From assembly GCA_963826535.1 (NCBI GenBank), contig CAWGXL010000011.1, forward strand, positions 320,809 to 384,808: DNA of 64,000 nucleotides. Direction: 5' to 3'. Origin of the DNA: an uncultured bacterium. Its GTDB lineage: Bacteria > Patescibacteriota > Microgenomatia > Levybacterales > UBA12049. The notes below the pieces were generated by a model that was not told the DNA's origin, ran no database searches, and was given only the letters and a program-made list of their open reading frames with translations. Shown here piece after piece: positions 1 to 10,202 of this stretch (within the stretch, counting starts at the first letter, position 1; the number at the start of each line of letters is the position of its first letter). Both the position numbers and the translations under genes were made by a program.

Positions 1-921
1 CCAAAGGTGGATTTTGTGGCGATGCATGAAGATAGTAAATATAATGCCAAAGATGGGCTGAATGCTTACAATAAGTTAAAGGTGGATGGGGGTATTGATG
101 CGGTTATTACGCATGGCAGTCCGGTGGCAATAGCAATTCAACCAGTGGCAGCACAAGATAAAATTCTACAAATGGCAGTATCGGCTTCGGTTGCTGACTA
201 TAGCTCAGCGAATGACCTTTCTTTTCGTGTGAGTCCTAAAACTGATATTGAGACTAAGGTGATGGCAGAATATTTAGCAAAACAAAATTTACAGAATATT
301 GGTATTCTCTACTATAATAATGATATTGGGGTTAGTGTAGCTCGGGATTTTACTGCTGAATTGGGTAAACTAAACACAGATGTAAAAGTAGTTTCAAGCG
401 AAAGTTATCCGCTTGATACTAATGACTACCGGAGTTATTTGCTGAAAGTCAAAAATCTTAAGACTGATGGATTGTACGTGATTGGGACAGCTGCTCATAT
501 GAGCAATATTATAAAGCAAGCTCGTGAGCTTGATATTCAAGCTTCTGTGTTTGGTTTTAGGCCGACTGAAGATCCGGTTTTGTTAAAAAACCTAGGTCAA
601 CTCGCAGAAGGGATTATCTATACGTATGGTTTTGATACGTTAAGCACTGTGCCGCCGGCAAAACAATTTACCGCTGATTATAAACAACGATATAGTGAGC
701 TTCCTGATGGATTTGCGGCTGAAGGATATGAAGGGATGCGTTTGGTTGGCGAGGCGTTCGCGAAATGTGGTAAGGATAATGATTGTATTAAAAATTTCCT
801 ACTTAATCTGAAAGACTATGACTCAATCTTTGGCAAAATTTCTTTTGACCGGAATGGGGATATACTCTATCCGTTCTTCTTGAAAACTGTTAAAGATGGT
901 AAATTTTTAAGATTGGAATAA
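1..921 (+). CDS. Branched-chain amino acid-type ABC substrate-binding protein (LivK/LivJ-like), 5'-partial
   Basis: Frame is open to the window edge (cca aag gtg...). Periplasmic binding protein type 1 motifs EDSKY, FRVSP, DYRSYLLKVK, FGKISFDRNGD. Confidence 0.85.
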   Translation, partial: PKVDFVAMHEDSKYNAKDGLNAYNKLKVDGGIDAVITHGSPVAIAIQPVAAQDKILQMAVSASVADYSSANDLSFRVSPKTDIETKVMAEYLAKQNLQNIGILYYNNDIGVSVARDFTAELGKLNTDVKVVSSESYPLDTNDYRSYLLKVKNLKTDGLYVIGTAAHMSNIIKQARELDIQASVFGFRPTEDPVLLKNLGQLAEGIIYTYGFDTLSTVPPAKQFTADYKQRYSELPDGFAAEGYEGMRLVGEAFAKCGKDNDCIKNFLLNLKDYDSIFGKISFDRNGDILYPFFLKTVKDGKFLRLE

Positions 922-2051
922 TGAATATGAAAAAAATAATTATTTGGGTGGTAATAGGACTTGTATTAATTATTCTTATAGCTCTTATCGCTAATAGAAG
1001 TAGTCAACAAAATAATAATGTATCAATAAAAGTTGGGGCTATTGTTTTTCTTACAGGGGCTCAAGCGTCTCTTGGTGAAGAGGTTAGAAATGCATTATTG
1101 CTAGCCCAGGATATGAAGAACCCGATTTCAGATAAAAAAATTGAATTTGTTATAGAAGATAGCCAAGACGAACCCAAGTTGGCATTAGGTGCTTATAATA
1201 AATTGAAACAACAGAATATACCGGTAATTATTTCTACAGGAGATCAAGTAAGTTATGCACTCTCGCCAGTTGCAAATAAAGACAATGTCCTACTTCTGAT
1301 GACTGTGGCCGCTGCTACAGAAACTTCCGGAGACAATACTTTCAGAGCTTTTATCACTGCTGATAAGCAAGCAAATATCATGGCTGATTATTCTTCTAAA
1401 GTTTTGGGGAATAAAAAAGTTGCAGTTCTGTATATTAATAATATTTATGGGCAATCATATCTTGACACTTACAAAAATGCTTTAAATAAAAATGGCGCAG
1501 ACGTTGTGGCATCTGAAGCTTTTGGTATTGCAGATAATGAACTGAAAGCTCAAATTACGAAAATAATTGCAAACAACCCTGATACTGTTACCATTGTGGG
1601 TTTTGGCCCCGCATATATTGTTGCATTTAATCAACTCAGGCAATTTGGATGGAGCAAAAGTATTTTAACTGATAATACTTTATCAATTCCTTATTTTTTT
1701 AATTCTGTTGCACCTGAAAACCTGCGTGATATATATTTTACAAGTACGAACTTTGATACCCAAAATCCTACTAATCCAAGCATGGCCGAATTTATTCAGG
1801 AGTATAAAAAACGTTTTAAAACAGCCCCAAGTTTTGTGGGCGCATATACATTTGACCTCGTAGATGCATTATTTTATGCAATTCAAGGATGTGATTATAA
1901 TTCCGAATCAATTAAAAACTGCTTGCTTAAGATTAAGGATAAACAGGGAGTATTGGGATCCATTGATTTCTCTAGCCGAGAAATGAGAGTTCCTCTTTAT
2001 ATTAAAAAGGTGGAAAATGGTAAAGTTGTAACTCAACAAGAGATAAAGTAA
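921..2051 (+). CDS. LivK-like ABC substrate-binding protein with N-terminal membrane anchor
   Basis: N-terminal TM, then IKVGAIVFLTG...EDSQDEP, DNELKAQITKI, GVLGSIDF. Confidence 0.85.
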   Translation: MNMKKIIIWVVIGLVLIILIALIANRSSQQNNNVSIKVGAIVFLTGAQASLGEEVRNALLLAQDMKNPISDKKIEFVIEDSQDEPKLALGAYNKLKQQNIPVIISTGDQVSYALSPVANKDNVLLLMTVAAATETSGDNTFRAFITADKQANIMADYSSKVLGNKKVAVLYINNIYGQSYLDTYKNALNKNGADVVASEAFGIADNELKAQITKIIANNPDTVTIVGFGPAYIVAFNQLRQFGWSKSILTDNTLSIPYFFNSVAPENLRDIYFTSTNFDTQNPTNPSMAEFIQEYKKRFKTAPSFVGAYTFDLVDALFYAIQGCDYNSESIKNCLLKIKDKQGVLGSIDFSSREMRVPLYIKKVENGKVVTQQEIK

Positions 2052-2060
2052 ATTTTAATT

Positions 2061-2813
2061 ATGGCTTTGCTTGCAACTAAAAATCTCGTAAAACATTTTG
2101 ATGGGGTTTATGCTGTTAATAAGCTGTCTATCTCCTTTGAGCCGGGGAAGATTACGGGTATTATCGGGCCGAATGGGTCGGGTAAATCGACATTAATTAA
2201 TGTCTTAACAGGTCTTCTGCCTAGTGACAGAGGTGAGATTGTGGTAGCAGGCGCAACTCATTTAACTCGAATCAGGACACATGAAGTCCCCTTTTACGGC
2301 ATGACAAGAACATTTCAAGACGCAAGACTTTTCGAGCAATTGCCGGTTCTTGATAATATCTTAGTTGTTTTAACTGACAGAGGTGTTTGGTCGGCATTGT
2401 TTGAGCGACACACGTCATTTCACATAGAAAAGGCAGAGGAAGTATTGAAAAAGGTTGGGCTTTGGGAGAAGCGAAACGCGCTGGCGAAGAATCTTTCGTA
2501 TGGCCAGCGTAAGCTGCTGGAAATTGCCAGGGCATTGGCAATCATGCACAGCGGGGCCGGGGATATAAATATTATTTTTTTTGATGAACCGTTTGCCGGA
2601 CTTTTTCCTGAGATGATTAAAATTGTGATGACTGTAATAAAAGAACTTCGCGATCAGGGAAAAACCGTGGTATTAGTTGAGCATAATATGGATTTGATCC
2701 GTGAGTTGTCTGATTATCTGTATGTGCTTGATTCAGGTATGCTTTTGGCCGCGGGAAAGCCTGAAGAAGTTCTCAAGAGGAAAGAGGTTATTGAAGCGTA
2801 TTTGGGGGAATGA
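2061..2813 (+). CDS. livG: BCAA ABC transporter ATPase, LivG-type
   Basis: GPNGSGKS, RTFQ, LSYGQRKLLEIARAL, DEPFAG, VEHNM, C-terminal VIEAYLG. Confidence 0.9.
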   Translation: MALLATKNLVKHFDGVYAVNKLSISFEPGKITGIIGPNGSGKSTLINVLTGLLPSDRGEIVVAGATHLTRIRTHEVPFYGMTRTFQDARLFEQLPVLDNILVVLTDRGVWSALFERHTSFHIEKAEEVLKKVGLWEKRNALAKNLSYGQRKLLEIARALAIMHSGAGDINIIFFDEPFAGLFPEMIKIVMTVIKELRDQGKTVVLVEHNMDLIRELSDYLYVLDSGMLLAAGKPEEVLKRKEVIEAYLGE

Positions 2814-2859
2814 TATTATGTGTTAGATCAGAAATATTGCAAATAGCCTATTTATTAGT

Positions 2860-3999
2860 ATGAAAAATAAGGACGCAAAGCAGAGAGGCAACTTCAAATT
2901 AATAGCTTGGATTATAGTGATAATTCTAGTGGCGTGGGGCATTACAGCTGTATCCAGTAAAAGTTCAAGTGTAAATGAAAGTCCTATTAAGATTGGTGTG
3001 ATCGCGCCTCTTACAGGCAGTTTTGGTGTGTTAGGTGAAAGGATTAAAAATGGTTTTGAGCTAGCAAGGGATGAGTTCATTTCAGAAAAACCCAGCCGTA
3101 AAATTGATTTGATTATTGCAGATGCATGCCAACCAAAAGATACTGTTTCCGCTGTGAGAAAGATGGTTGATTCAGACAAGATTTCTATGCTTGGTGGTTC
3201 TTTTTGTCTTATTGGATTCGTCCCGGTTATTCCAATTCTGCAAGAAAGCAATATTTTAGGGTTTAATACTGCAGCTAATCCGGATATTACACTTAACCAG
3301 AAAAACATATTTTCGTTTAATAAATCCATAAAAGCTGATGCGACGAACCTTGCAAATTATGCTCTTGAGCATGGTGCGAAAACCGCTGCGGTGGTTTATT
3401 ATGTTACTCCTCTTGGGGAAGACTTTAACAAATACTTTACGTCAGTCTTTGATAGTGCAGGAGGAAAAATAGTCATAAATGAACCTGTTTCACTTGACGC
3501 TACCGATTTTCGAACAAGTCTTGCCAAAATCAAATCTTTAAACCCTGATGTGGTATTTGTAATACATTTAGCAAAACCGCTTGGAACATTTTTGAAACAG
3601 GCAAGAGAATTGGGCTTAAATTCTGTCGTCATGAGTCACTCTGAAGCAGAAGATCCTAATGTACTTGAAGCCGCCGGAGTTGCAGCAGAAGGCTTCATCA
3701 TCTCATCTTCAGATCCGGTTATAGAAACTAAGGAGATTAAGAATTTCAAAGAACTTTATTTAAAAGAATATGATGTTCAGCCTGATATACTCGCGGCTGT
3801 AGCATATGATTCTCTTAAATTGCAGGTGTCTGCTTATGAAAAATGTGGTGGGGAAATTGAGTGTATGAAGAAAGAATTCAAAGAGATTAAAAATTACAAT
3901 GGAGCTAGTGGAGAAATAAGTATGAATGCTGACGGGTCAACTGATAAGCCCACAAATTTCAAAGTTGTAAAAAATGGGAAATTTGTTGAGATAAAATAA
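2860..3999 (+). CDS. LivK-like ABC substrate-binding protein
   Basis: TM anchor, IKIGVIAPLTG, DFRTSLAKIK, YNGASGEISM. Confidence 0.85.
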   Translation: MKNKDAKQRGNFKLIAWIIVIILVAWGITAVSSKSSSVNESPIKIGVIAPLTGSFGVLGERIKNGFELARDEFISEKPSRKIDLIIADACQPKDTVSAVRKMVDSDKISMLGGSFCLIGFVPVIPILQESNILGFNTAANPDITLNQKNIFSFNKSIKADATNLANYALEHGAKTAAVVYYVTPLGEDFNKYFTSVFDSAGGKIVINEPVSLDATDFRTSLAKIKSLNPDVVFVIHLAKPLGTFLKQARELGLNSVVMSHSEAEDPNVLEAAGVAAEGFIISSSDPVIETKEIKNFKELYLKEYDVQPDILAAVAYDSLKLQVSAYEKCGGEIECMKKEFKEIKNYNGASGEISMNADGSTDKPTNFKVVKNGKFVEIK

Positions 4000-4002
4000 C
4001 CT

Positions 4003-4083
4003 ATGCACGGAGAGCCTCTATTGATACTGCAAAACATTTCGGTTCATTACATAAGAGTAATTGGAAGAATGATAAATTTATGA
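4003..4083 (+). pseudogene. Vestigial livF 5' fragment (26-codon mini-ORF)
   Basis: Translates MHGEPLLILQNISVHYIRVIGRMINL*. EPLLILQNISVHY matches [13 protein letters not shown] of the intact livF at 8/13 positions. Confidence 0.6.
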
Positions 4084-5216
4084 ATAAATACGCAATAATG
4101 CTTATTGGATTGGGAATATTGATTTTGGGAGCTGTATTAGTCACTATCAATAATAAATCAGGGTCAGAAACAGTTAAAATAGGAGCAATTCTGCCTTTAA
4201 CCGGCAATAATATAGATCAGGGCGAATGGGTCAAACAGGGATTAGAATTAGCGCAAGAACAGATTAATAAAAATCAAGAAAAAAAGATCGAGGTTATAAT
4301 TGAAGATAGTCAGGGAGACACCATTAAGGCAATTTCTGCTTATAGGCGAATAAGAGAAAAATTTAATATACCAGCTGTTATTACATGGGGGTCCGGAATT
4401 GGCGTAGCGTTAACGCCCATTGTTAACGGAGATAAAGTTGTACAATTTGGGGTAGCGACAGCGACAGCAGATTATAGTACTCCTGACGACTTTACTTTCC
4501 GTGACTTTCCTACTTCAGCTGAAGAAGCAAAATTTACCGCAAATTTTATTCTTAACCGGTTAAAACAACAACGAGTTGCTGTTTTGAAAATAAATAATGA
4601 CTACGGATCAAGTGTCTCAAAGCTTTTTACTGATGAATTTAAAAAAACCGGTGGAATAGTAACATTCGAAGATTCGTTTGCACCAAATATCTCTGATTTT
4701 CGACCACATTTAACGAAACTTCAAAATGATTCAGCTGATCTGGTCTACATGGCTACTTATCCGAAAGAAGGTGCTTTGTTGCTTAAACAGGCAAAAGAAA
4801 TAGGTATTGAGAGAAGTTTCTTGGCAGCCGGAGCGATTTTAGGCGGGGAGACTTTTTTTGGCACAGCAGGGAATGCAGCTGAGGGGCTAATGGTAATAAC
4901 ATCTGCTCCTAATTTCTCCCAAACAAATAATCTTGTTGTACAAAATTTCGTACAGGCTTATATAGACAAGTATGGAAAAAATCCAGGGCCGCAACAACTC
5001 TATAGCGCAAGAGCATATGATGCATTAAATATTATCGCTTTGGCACAAAAACAATGTACTCAAACTTCCAATACTGAATGTCTAAAGAACAATATCGCAA
5101 AGGTTAAAGATTATAATGGTGTTTCAGGGAATATCTCTTTTGACTTGAATGGGGATATTACTACTCAATTTAATGTTCAAACAGTAAAAGATAATCAATT
5201 TTATGAATATAAATAA
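4080..5216 (+). CDS. LivK-like ABC substrate-binding protein
   Basis: TM anchor, VKIGAILPLTG, EDSQGD, DFRPHLTKL, YNGVSGNISFDLNGD. Confidence 0.85.
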   Translation: MNKYAIMLIGLGILILGAVLVTINNKSGSETVKIGAILPLTGNNIDQGEWVKQGLELAQEQINKNQEKKIEVIIEDSQGDTIKAISAYRRIREKFNIPAVITWGSGIGVALTPIVNGDKVVQFGVATATADYSTPDDFTFRDFPTSAEEAKFTANFILNRLKQQRVAVLKINNDYGSSVSKLFTDEFKKTGGIVTFEDSFAPNISDFRPHLTKLQNDSADLVYMATYPKEGALLLKQAKEIGIERSFLAAGAILGGETFFGTAGNAAEGLMVITSAPNFSQTNNLVVQNFVQAYIDKYGKNPGPQQLYSARAYDALNIIALAQKQCTQTSNTECLKNNIAKVKDYNGVSGNISFDLNGDITTQFNVQTVKDNQFYEYK

Positions 5217-5934
5217 ATCAAAAGAGACTTTACTTAGACTAAATGATATACATGTTCATTATGGAGGCGTGAGAGCGCTTGAGGGTGTGTCTATTTCCAT
5301 AGACACAGGCGAGGTTGTTGCATTGATGGGGCCTAATGGGGCGGGGAAATCTACAATTCTTAAAACAATATTTGGACTTGCACCAATAGAATCGGGAGAA
5401 GTGCAATGGGCGGGACATGCGTTTGTGCCTGTATCACACGACGTTGTGCAGATGGGAATTTCATTTGTGCCTCAGGGGAGACGGGTTTTTCGGCATCTCA
5501 CTGTTTATGAAAATCTTGAAATAGGAGGATGGATTATCAAAGATTCTAAACTGAGAAAAAAACGCACTGAAGATGTGCTTGGGATTTTCCCGGCACTTGG
5601 TGCAAAAATTAGATTAAAGTCTGGCGCTCTTTCAGGTGGCCAACAGCAAATGCTGGCAATAGCCCGAGGGCTTATGACTGATCCAAAGGTGCTTCTACTT
5701 GATGAGCCGTCCCTTGGTCTTGCTCCAAAAATTGTCAAAGAAGTTTTCACTAAAATTAAGGAGATAAACGCGCGACGGAAAATGGCAATTATTGTGGTGG
5801 AGCATAATCTGAAGTCACTTCTCGGAATCGCAAATCGGGCATATGTTTTGGATAAAGGGAAAATTTATACAGAAGGGCTGCCAGGAGATATTATTAAAAA
5901 TAAGGTGCTGGAAAAAGTATTTTTGTCAGCTTAA
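5203..5934 (+). CDS. livF: BCAA ABC transporter ATPase, LivF-type
   Basis: [41 protein letters not shown]. The 3' end overlaps the convergent rpoD by 9 nt. Confidence 0.9.
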   Translation: MNINKSKETLLRLNDIHVHYGGVRALEGVSISIDTGEVVALMGPNGAGKSTILKTIFGLAPIESGEVQWAGHAFVPVSHDVVQMGISFVPQGRRVFRHLTVYENLEIGGWIIKDSKLRKKRTEDVLGIFPALGAKIRLKSGALSGGQQQMLAIARGLMTDPKVLLLDEPSLGLAPKIVKEVFTKIKEINARRKMAIIVVEHNLKSLLGIANRAYVLDKGKIYTEGLPGDIIKNKVLEKVFLSA

Positions 5935-7008
5935 ATAGTCTTTGAGTTTGTTGCCGCGGGAAGGATGGCGGAGTTTGCGCAGCGCCTTGGCTTCGATTTG
6001 GCGGATACGTTCCCGGGTTACTTTGAATTCTTTTCCTACTTCTTCCAGTGTCCGCGATCTGCCGTCGTCAAGACCGAAGCGGAGTTCCAGGACTTTTTTT
6101 TCTCTTTCGGTTAATGTAGAAAGCACTTGATTTACCTGTTCTTTTAACAGTTCACGTGAGGCAGAGTCAAAGAGAGTCGGAGCTGAGGAGTCATGGATGA
6201 AGTCTCCTAAACGGCTGTCTTCTTCGTCGCCGACCGGCGCTTCTAAGGAGGCCGGGTTTTGGGATATTTTGATAATCTCAAGAGCTTTCTCCGGCTCTAT
6301 GCCCAGGACTTTGGCGACTTCTTCAGGAGTGGGTTCACGACCTAATTCCTGCATGAGTTTTCTTTGACTGCGGAGGAATCTATTAATATTCTCTACCATA
6401 TGGACAGGGATACGGATAGTACGTGCCTGGTCAGCAATTGCACGAGTCACCGATTGACGTATCCACCAGGTGGCATAGGTTGAAAATTTGAATCCCCGTC
6501 TCCAATCGTACTTTTCAACTGCCCGGATGAGACCTTGATTGCCCTCTTGAATTAAATCAAGCAAAGATAGGCCGCGGCCAATGTATTTCTTGGCAATCGA
6601 CACAACCAGACGAAGGTTGGAATTAATTAGTTTCTTTTTGGCTTCATAATCCCCTTTTTCAACTCGTTGAGCCAGATTGATCTCCTCTTCAAAGGTTAAC
6701 AGCGGAATACGTCCAATTTCTTTGAGGTACATTCTTACGGGATCGGAGATGGATCCTTCGGTAAGCATAGTTAAGGCTTCTAATTCTTTTTTGAGGTCTT
6801 CGATCGGTTTTTGTACTTCCTGTTCTTGTACGACGCTTTCAAACACGTCGATGTTGGATTTCATTAACTTGTCGTACAAACTATCAAGTTCTTCGATGTG
6901 TTCTTCGGGTTTGGTAAAAATACCTAAAATTTCGTCTTGGGTGATGTAGCCACGCTTTTTAGCGGACGTGACAATATCCGTCAGAAACGGTGATAATTTT
7001 ACCGGCAT
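5926..7008 (-). CDS. rpoD: Primary sigma factor sigma70
   Basis: [56 protein letters not shown]. Confidence 0.97.
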   Translation of the reverse strand: MPVKLSPFLTDIVTSAKKRGYITQDEILGIFTKPEEHIEELDSLYDKLMKSNIDVFESVVQEQEVQKPIEDLKKELEALTMLTEGSISDPVRMYLKEIGRIPLLTFEEEINLAQRVEKGDYEAKKKLINSNLRLVVSIAKKYIGRGLSLLDLIQEGNQGLIRAVEKYDWRRGFKFSTYATWWIRQSVTRAIADQARTIRIPVHMVENINRFLRSQRKLMQELGREPTPEEVAKVLGIEPEKALEIIKISQNPASLEAPVGDEEDSRLGDFIHDSSAPTLFDSASRELLKEQVNQVLSTLTEREKKVLELRFGLDDGRSRTLEEVGKEFKVTRERIRQIEAKALRKLRHPSRGNKLKDYLS

Positions 7009-7068
7009 AGATGTATTTTAGCACAGGACGGTTGATATGCAAGCAGAGCATTTATACCCCAAGTTAGT

Positions 7069-8154
7069 TTAGGGCGCACCATTATAGATGGCTGTAATTT
7101 CAGAAAGTGAGAGAGCCCTGTTGTAGATACGAACGTCGTCGATCTGGCCGTCCATTTCCGAATCTCCGGTGTCGTCTGCTCCGATCCTGAGCGGTTGTGT
7201 ATGCGCGAGACTCGCGGAACTCGCGGAGAGGCTGCCCGCGAACACGCCGTCTTGGTACAGAAAGATCGTCGAGCCTTGGCGCATGCCCACGACATGGTGC
7301 CAGGCGCCGTCGTTAATCGGGGTTGGCCCAGTCACCTGGTAGAAGACGTTACTGACCCATACTTCAAACATGGGCTTGTAGCTAGAAACAGAATCCATGA
7401 CCAGATCCCAACTCGTGCGGATCCCCCCGGGATTAGCGAGCTTGTGCACAATTGCCGGATATGAGTTGCTCGCCTCTGTCGATTTCACCCACGCCGAGAT
7501 CGTAAAGTTCTGACTGGCGCCGAAGTTGATGGACGAATGGTTCGGCACGCTGACATAATCACCACTCCCATGCCCATCAAAATCCAGTGCCTGGCCGAGT
7601 TTGCCGGTTGACCAGGTTGGAGTGCCTGTGAGGGTACCGTTGTTGCCAGTGCCAGAGGAATCGGCTGCTGTCATCCCTGATCCTTCATTAAATTTCCAGT
7701 GGCCAACCCTGCCGGGGATGGGAGTTGGAGTTGGAGTGGGTGTGAGAGTTGAGGTTGGAGTTGGAGTTGGTATGGTCAAAGTTTCATTCCAGCTATTCAT
7801 TACAATACCATTTGTCCGGTTAAAGGCAACTTGCACTGTCCGGTTGAAAGAGGTTGCCGTAGTTGTTGCGGTTATTGTCCAGTTATTGCCAGCTTTTGCC
7901 ACAGTTATAATACAGGTGCCTTCCGGACGGGTTATATTTCCTCCGTTATATGAGTTGCTTGCCCATGCTTTCAAAAGCGCATCTTCGGCACACCCTTCCA
8001 CTAACTGTAAATTCTCCTCGCCTTTATTCATTGCTAAAGAAGTTTGTGCTTCTCCTATTGCCAAGAGCGAGACGGTAGACGCGGTTGAAAGGGCAACTGC
8101 TGAAATGATAAGGACGGTTACTAATGCAATAAATCCACTTGGTTGGTTATTCAT
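7069..8154 (-). CDS. PilX-like minor pilin with short Pro/Thr linker and C-terminal LamG/ConA-like domain
   Basis: G|[10 protein letters not shown] prepilin-like start lacking Glu5 (PilX type). LamG hallmarks GHWKFNEGSG, FTISAWVK, WHHVVG, IDDVRIYNRALS. Confidence 0.75.
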   Translation of the reverse strand: MNNQPSGFIALVTVLIISAVALSTASTVSLLAIGEAQTSLAMNKGEENLQLVEGCAEDALLKAWASNSYNGGNITRPEGTCIITVAKAGNNWTITATTTATSFNRTVQVAFNRTNGIVMNSWNETLTIPTPTPTSTLTPTPTPTPIPGRVGHWKFNEGSGMTAADSSGTGNNGTLTGTPTWSTGKLGQALDFDGHGSGDYVSVPNHSSINFGASQNFTISAWVKSTEASNSYPAIVHKLANPGGIRTSWDLVMDSVSSYKPMFEVWVSNVFYQVTGPTPINDGAWHHVVGMRQGSTIFLYQDGVFAGSLSASSASLAHTQPLRIGADDTGDSEMDGQIDDVRIYNRALSLSEITAIYNGAP

Positions 8155-8204
8155 ATTTAATTACTTCGTATCTCTGCACTTCCTTCAATTGTTGTGGATT
8201 CCTT
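7757..8204. repeat. 448-bp direct repeat, copy 1 (copy 2 at 9238-9685)
   Basis: Identical by eye at offset 1481. Covers the PilX N-terminal domain plus the last ~15 codons of the upstream pilW-like gene. Confidence 0.9.
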
Positions 8205-8210
8205 TTTACC

Positions 8211-9635
8211 TTATTGAGCACCATTGTAGATGGCAGTGATTTCAGAACCTGAGAGCACCCTGTTGTAAACGCGGACGTCGTCTATCTTACCTTTGAACCA
8301 AAGGGAATTATACAATGTTCCTCCGATAGACTTGTTATTTGCGGAGTCATTAAACACATTAGTGCTATTCCCGACTGTTTGATAAGCTACTTCCGCATTA
8401 TTAACGTAGATACGAATACCGGTTCCGGTTCCGGTTCCGTTCCAGGTTACAGTGATGAATTGCCATGTGTTCAACTGCACTACGTTGTTCACCGACCTTC
8501 TTAAGAGGTTAGACCCGGAGACGTCCACGGCAAATTCAAGCGGATAATTCGGATATATCATAAGGTCATACCCATCAGCGGTGCCGGCCGGAGTATCGGA
8601 ATTATACAGTTTTATCTCTGTGGATCCACCGGAATTGGCGTAGATCCACATGGCGATTGTCACGGGTGTAACATTATCAAGCGAAGAACCTGACCCAACA
8701 TTTACCACATCATTCACGCCGTCAAAAGAGAGAGCCTGACCGAATCTGCCTGTTGTCCAAGTGGGTCCGCCGGTGAGGGCGCCTGTGTTGCCATTTCCGC
8801 TTGAGTCGAAGGCTTGGCTCCCCGAACCTTCATCAAATTTCCAGTGGCCACGCCTGCCGGGGATGGGAGTGGGGGTAGGAGTCGGGGCTATAGTCGGGGT
8901 AGGAGTTCTTGTCGGTGTTGGAGGAATTGGAGTAGGAGTTCTTGTTGGAGTCGGAGTTGGAGGAATTGGAGTAGGAGTTCTTGTTGGAGTCGGAGTTGGA
9001 GGAATTGGAGTAGGAGTTCTTGTTGGAGTCGGAGTTGGAGGAACGGGAGTTGGAGTTCTTGTCGGTGTTGGAGGGATTGGAGTGGGAGTTCTTGTTGGAG
9101 TCGGTGGGACGGGAGTGGGGGTGAGAGTGGGAGTTGGGGTTGGAGTCGGAGGAATTGGAGTGGGAGTTCTTGTTGGTGTTGGAGGGATAGGAGTGGGAGT
9201 TGGAGTTGGGGTGGGAGTGGGTGTGAGAGTTGAGGTGGGAGTTGGAGTTGGTATGGTCAAAGTTTCATTCCAGCTATTCATTACAATACCATTTGTCCGG
9301 TTAAAGGCAACTTGCACTGTCCGGTTGAAAGAGGTTGCCGTAGTTGTTGCGGTTATTGTCCAGTTATTGCCAGCTTTTGCCACAGTTATAATACAGGTGC
9401 CTTCCGGACGGGTTATATTTCCTCCGTTATATGAGTTGCTTGCCCATGCTTTCAAAAGCGCATCTTCGGCACACCCTTCCACTAACTGTAAATTCTCCTC
9501 GCCTTTATTCATTGCTAAAGAAGTTTGTGCTTCTCCTATTGCCAAGAGCGAGACGGTAGACGCGGTTGAAAGGGCAACTGCTGAAATGATAAGGACGGTT
9601 ACTAATGCAATAAATCCACTTGGTTGGTTATTCAT
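8211..9635 (-). CDS. PilX-like minor pilin with long Pro/Thr linker and C-terminal LamG domain
   Basis: Same N-terminal ~130 aa as 7069-8154, ~130-aa PT linker, and a different LamG core ([10 protein letters not shown]...[12 protein letters not shown]). Confidence 0.75.
   Translation of the reverse strand: MNNQPSGFIALVTVLIISAVALSTASTVSLLAIGEAQTSLAMNKGEENLQLVEGCAEDALLKAWASNSYNGGNITRPEGTCIITVAKAGNNWTITATTTATSFNRTVQVAFNRTNGIVMNSWNETLTIPTPTPTSTLTPTPTPTPTPTPIPPTPTRTPTPIPPTPTPTPTLTPTPVPPTPTRTPTPIPPTPTRTPTPVPPTPTPTRTPTPIPPTPTPTRTPTPIPPTPTPTRTPTPIPPTPTRTPTPTIAPTPTPTPIPGRRGHWKFDEGSGSQAFDSSGNGNTGALTGGPTWTTGRFGQALSFDGVNDVVNVGSGSSLDNVTPVTIAMWIYANSGGSTEIKLYNSDTPAGTADGYDLMIYPNYPLEFAVDVSGSNLLRRSVNNVVQLNTWQFITVTWNGTGTGTGIRIYVNNAEVAYQTVGNSTNVFNDSANNKSIGGTLYNSLWFKGKIDDVRVYNRVLSGSEITAIYNGAQ
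8920..9036. repeat. Coding tandem repeat, 3 x 39 bp ([13 protein letters not shown])
   Basis: Unit ggaggaattggagtaggagttcttgttggagtcggagtt repeated three times, with degenerate units on either side. Confidence 0.9.
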
Positions 9636-9685
9636 ATTTAATTACTTCGTATCTCTGCACTTCCTTCAATTGTTGTGGATTCCTT
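9238..9685. repeat. 448-bp direct repeat, copy 2
   Basis: Matches 7757-8204. Confidence 0.9.
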
Positions 9686-10186
9686 ATATTCCTGTCTGAG
9701 TCCAGCGCCAGGATAATTTGCTGCAAGGGTAAAGACAAATTGAATATTTTTGGTTTCATTGAATTCCGAGGAGTAGTTAGTAAAGTTTAAAGAGGAAAAG
9801 GTAGTGTTTTTTGAGTTTATACTTATGGGACTTCCTGTACCTTGTTGTATGACTATATTTCCGGAGTTGAGAGTAATAATTGTGGGGTTTGTTGCCGGGT
9901 TTTTTGTGGCCAGAGATATCTGTGTTGGGGTAAAATAGTTAATATTGTCGGCATTTCTGATTTCATACTTCAGCCGTTCACTTACATAGCGGGCTTGTGA
10001 AAATACTTCCTGTTGGGTGGCGCTTTTTGCGCCGCCTCCTATCACATTCCAGGCAAATGGAATCAGGGTTGTCATCATAATAATAATTGTAGCGCTATAT
10101 ATAAGTAGTTCAAGTAAAGTAAAACCTGCCTGCAAATGAGTGTGGTTTCCAGTTTTTAATTTACATGTTTGAGTTTTCTGATTCAT
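9638..10186 (-). CDS. PilW-like minor pilin (no LamG)
   Basis: AG|FTLLELLIY class III signal. Start set at MNQKT (ATG 10186), just after the upstream stop. Confidence 0.75.
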   Translation of the reverse strand: MNQKTQTCKLKTGNHTHLQAGFTLLELLIYSATIIIMMTTLIPFAWNVIGGGAKSATQQEVFSQARYVSERLKYEIRNADNINYFTPTQISLATKNPATNPTIITLNSGNIVIQQGTGSPISINSKNTTFSSLNFTNYSSEFNETKNIQFVFTLAANYPGAGLRQEYKESTTIEGSAEIRSN

Positions 10187-10202
10187 AGTCTGTTTTTTCC
10201 TA

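Noticed and set aside
8861-9260. CRISPR array
   Set aside because: In-frame coding repeats with no unique spacers, and no cas genes.
7601-9699. Plus-strand Gly/Val-rich ORFs 7601-8239, 8761-9699 and 8814-9233
   Set aside because: Antisense shadows of the Pro/Thr linkers and pilX genes.
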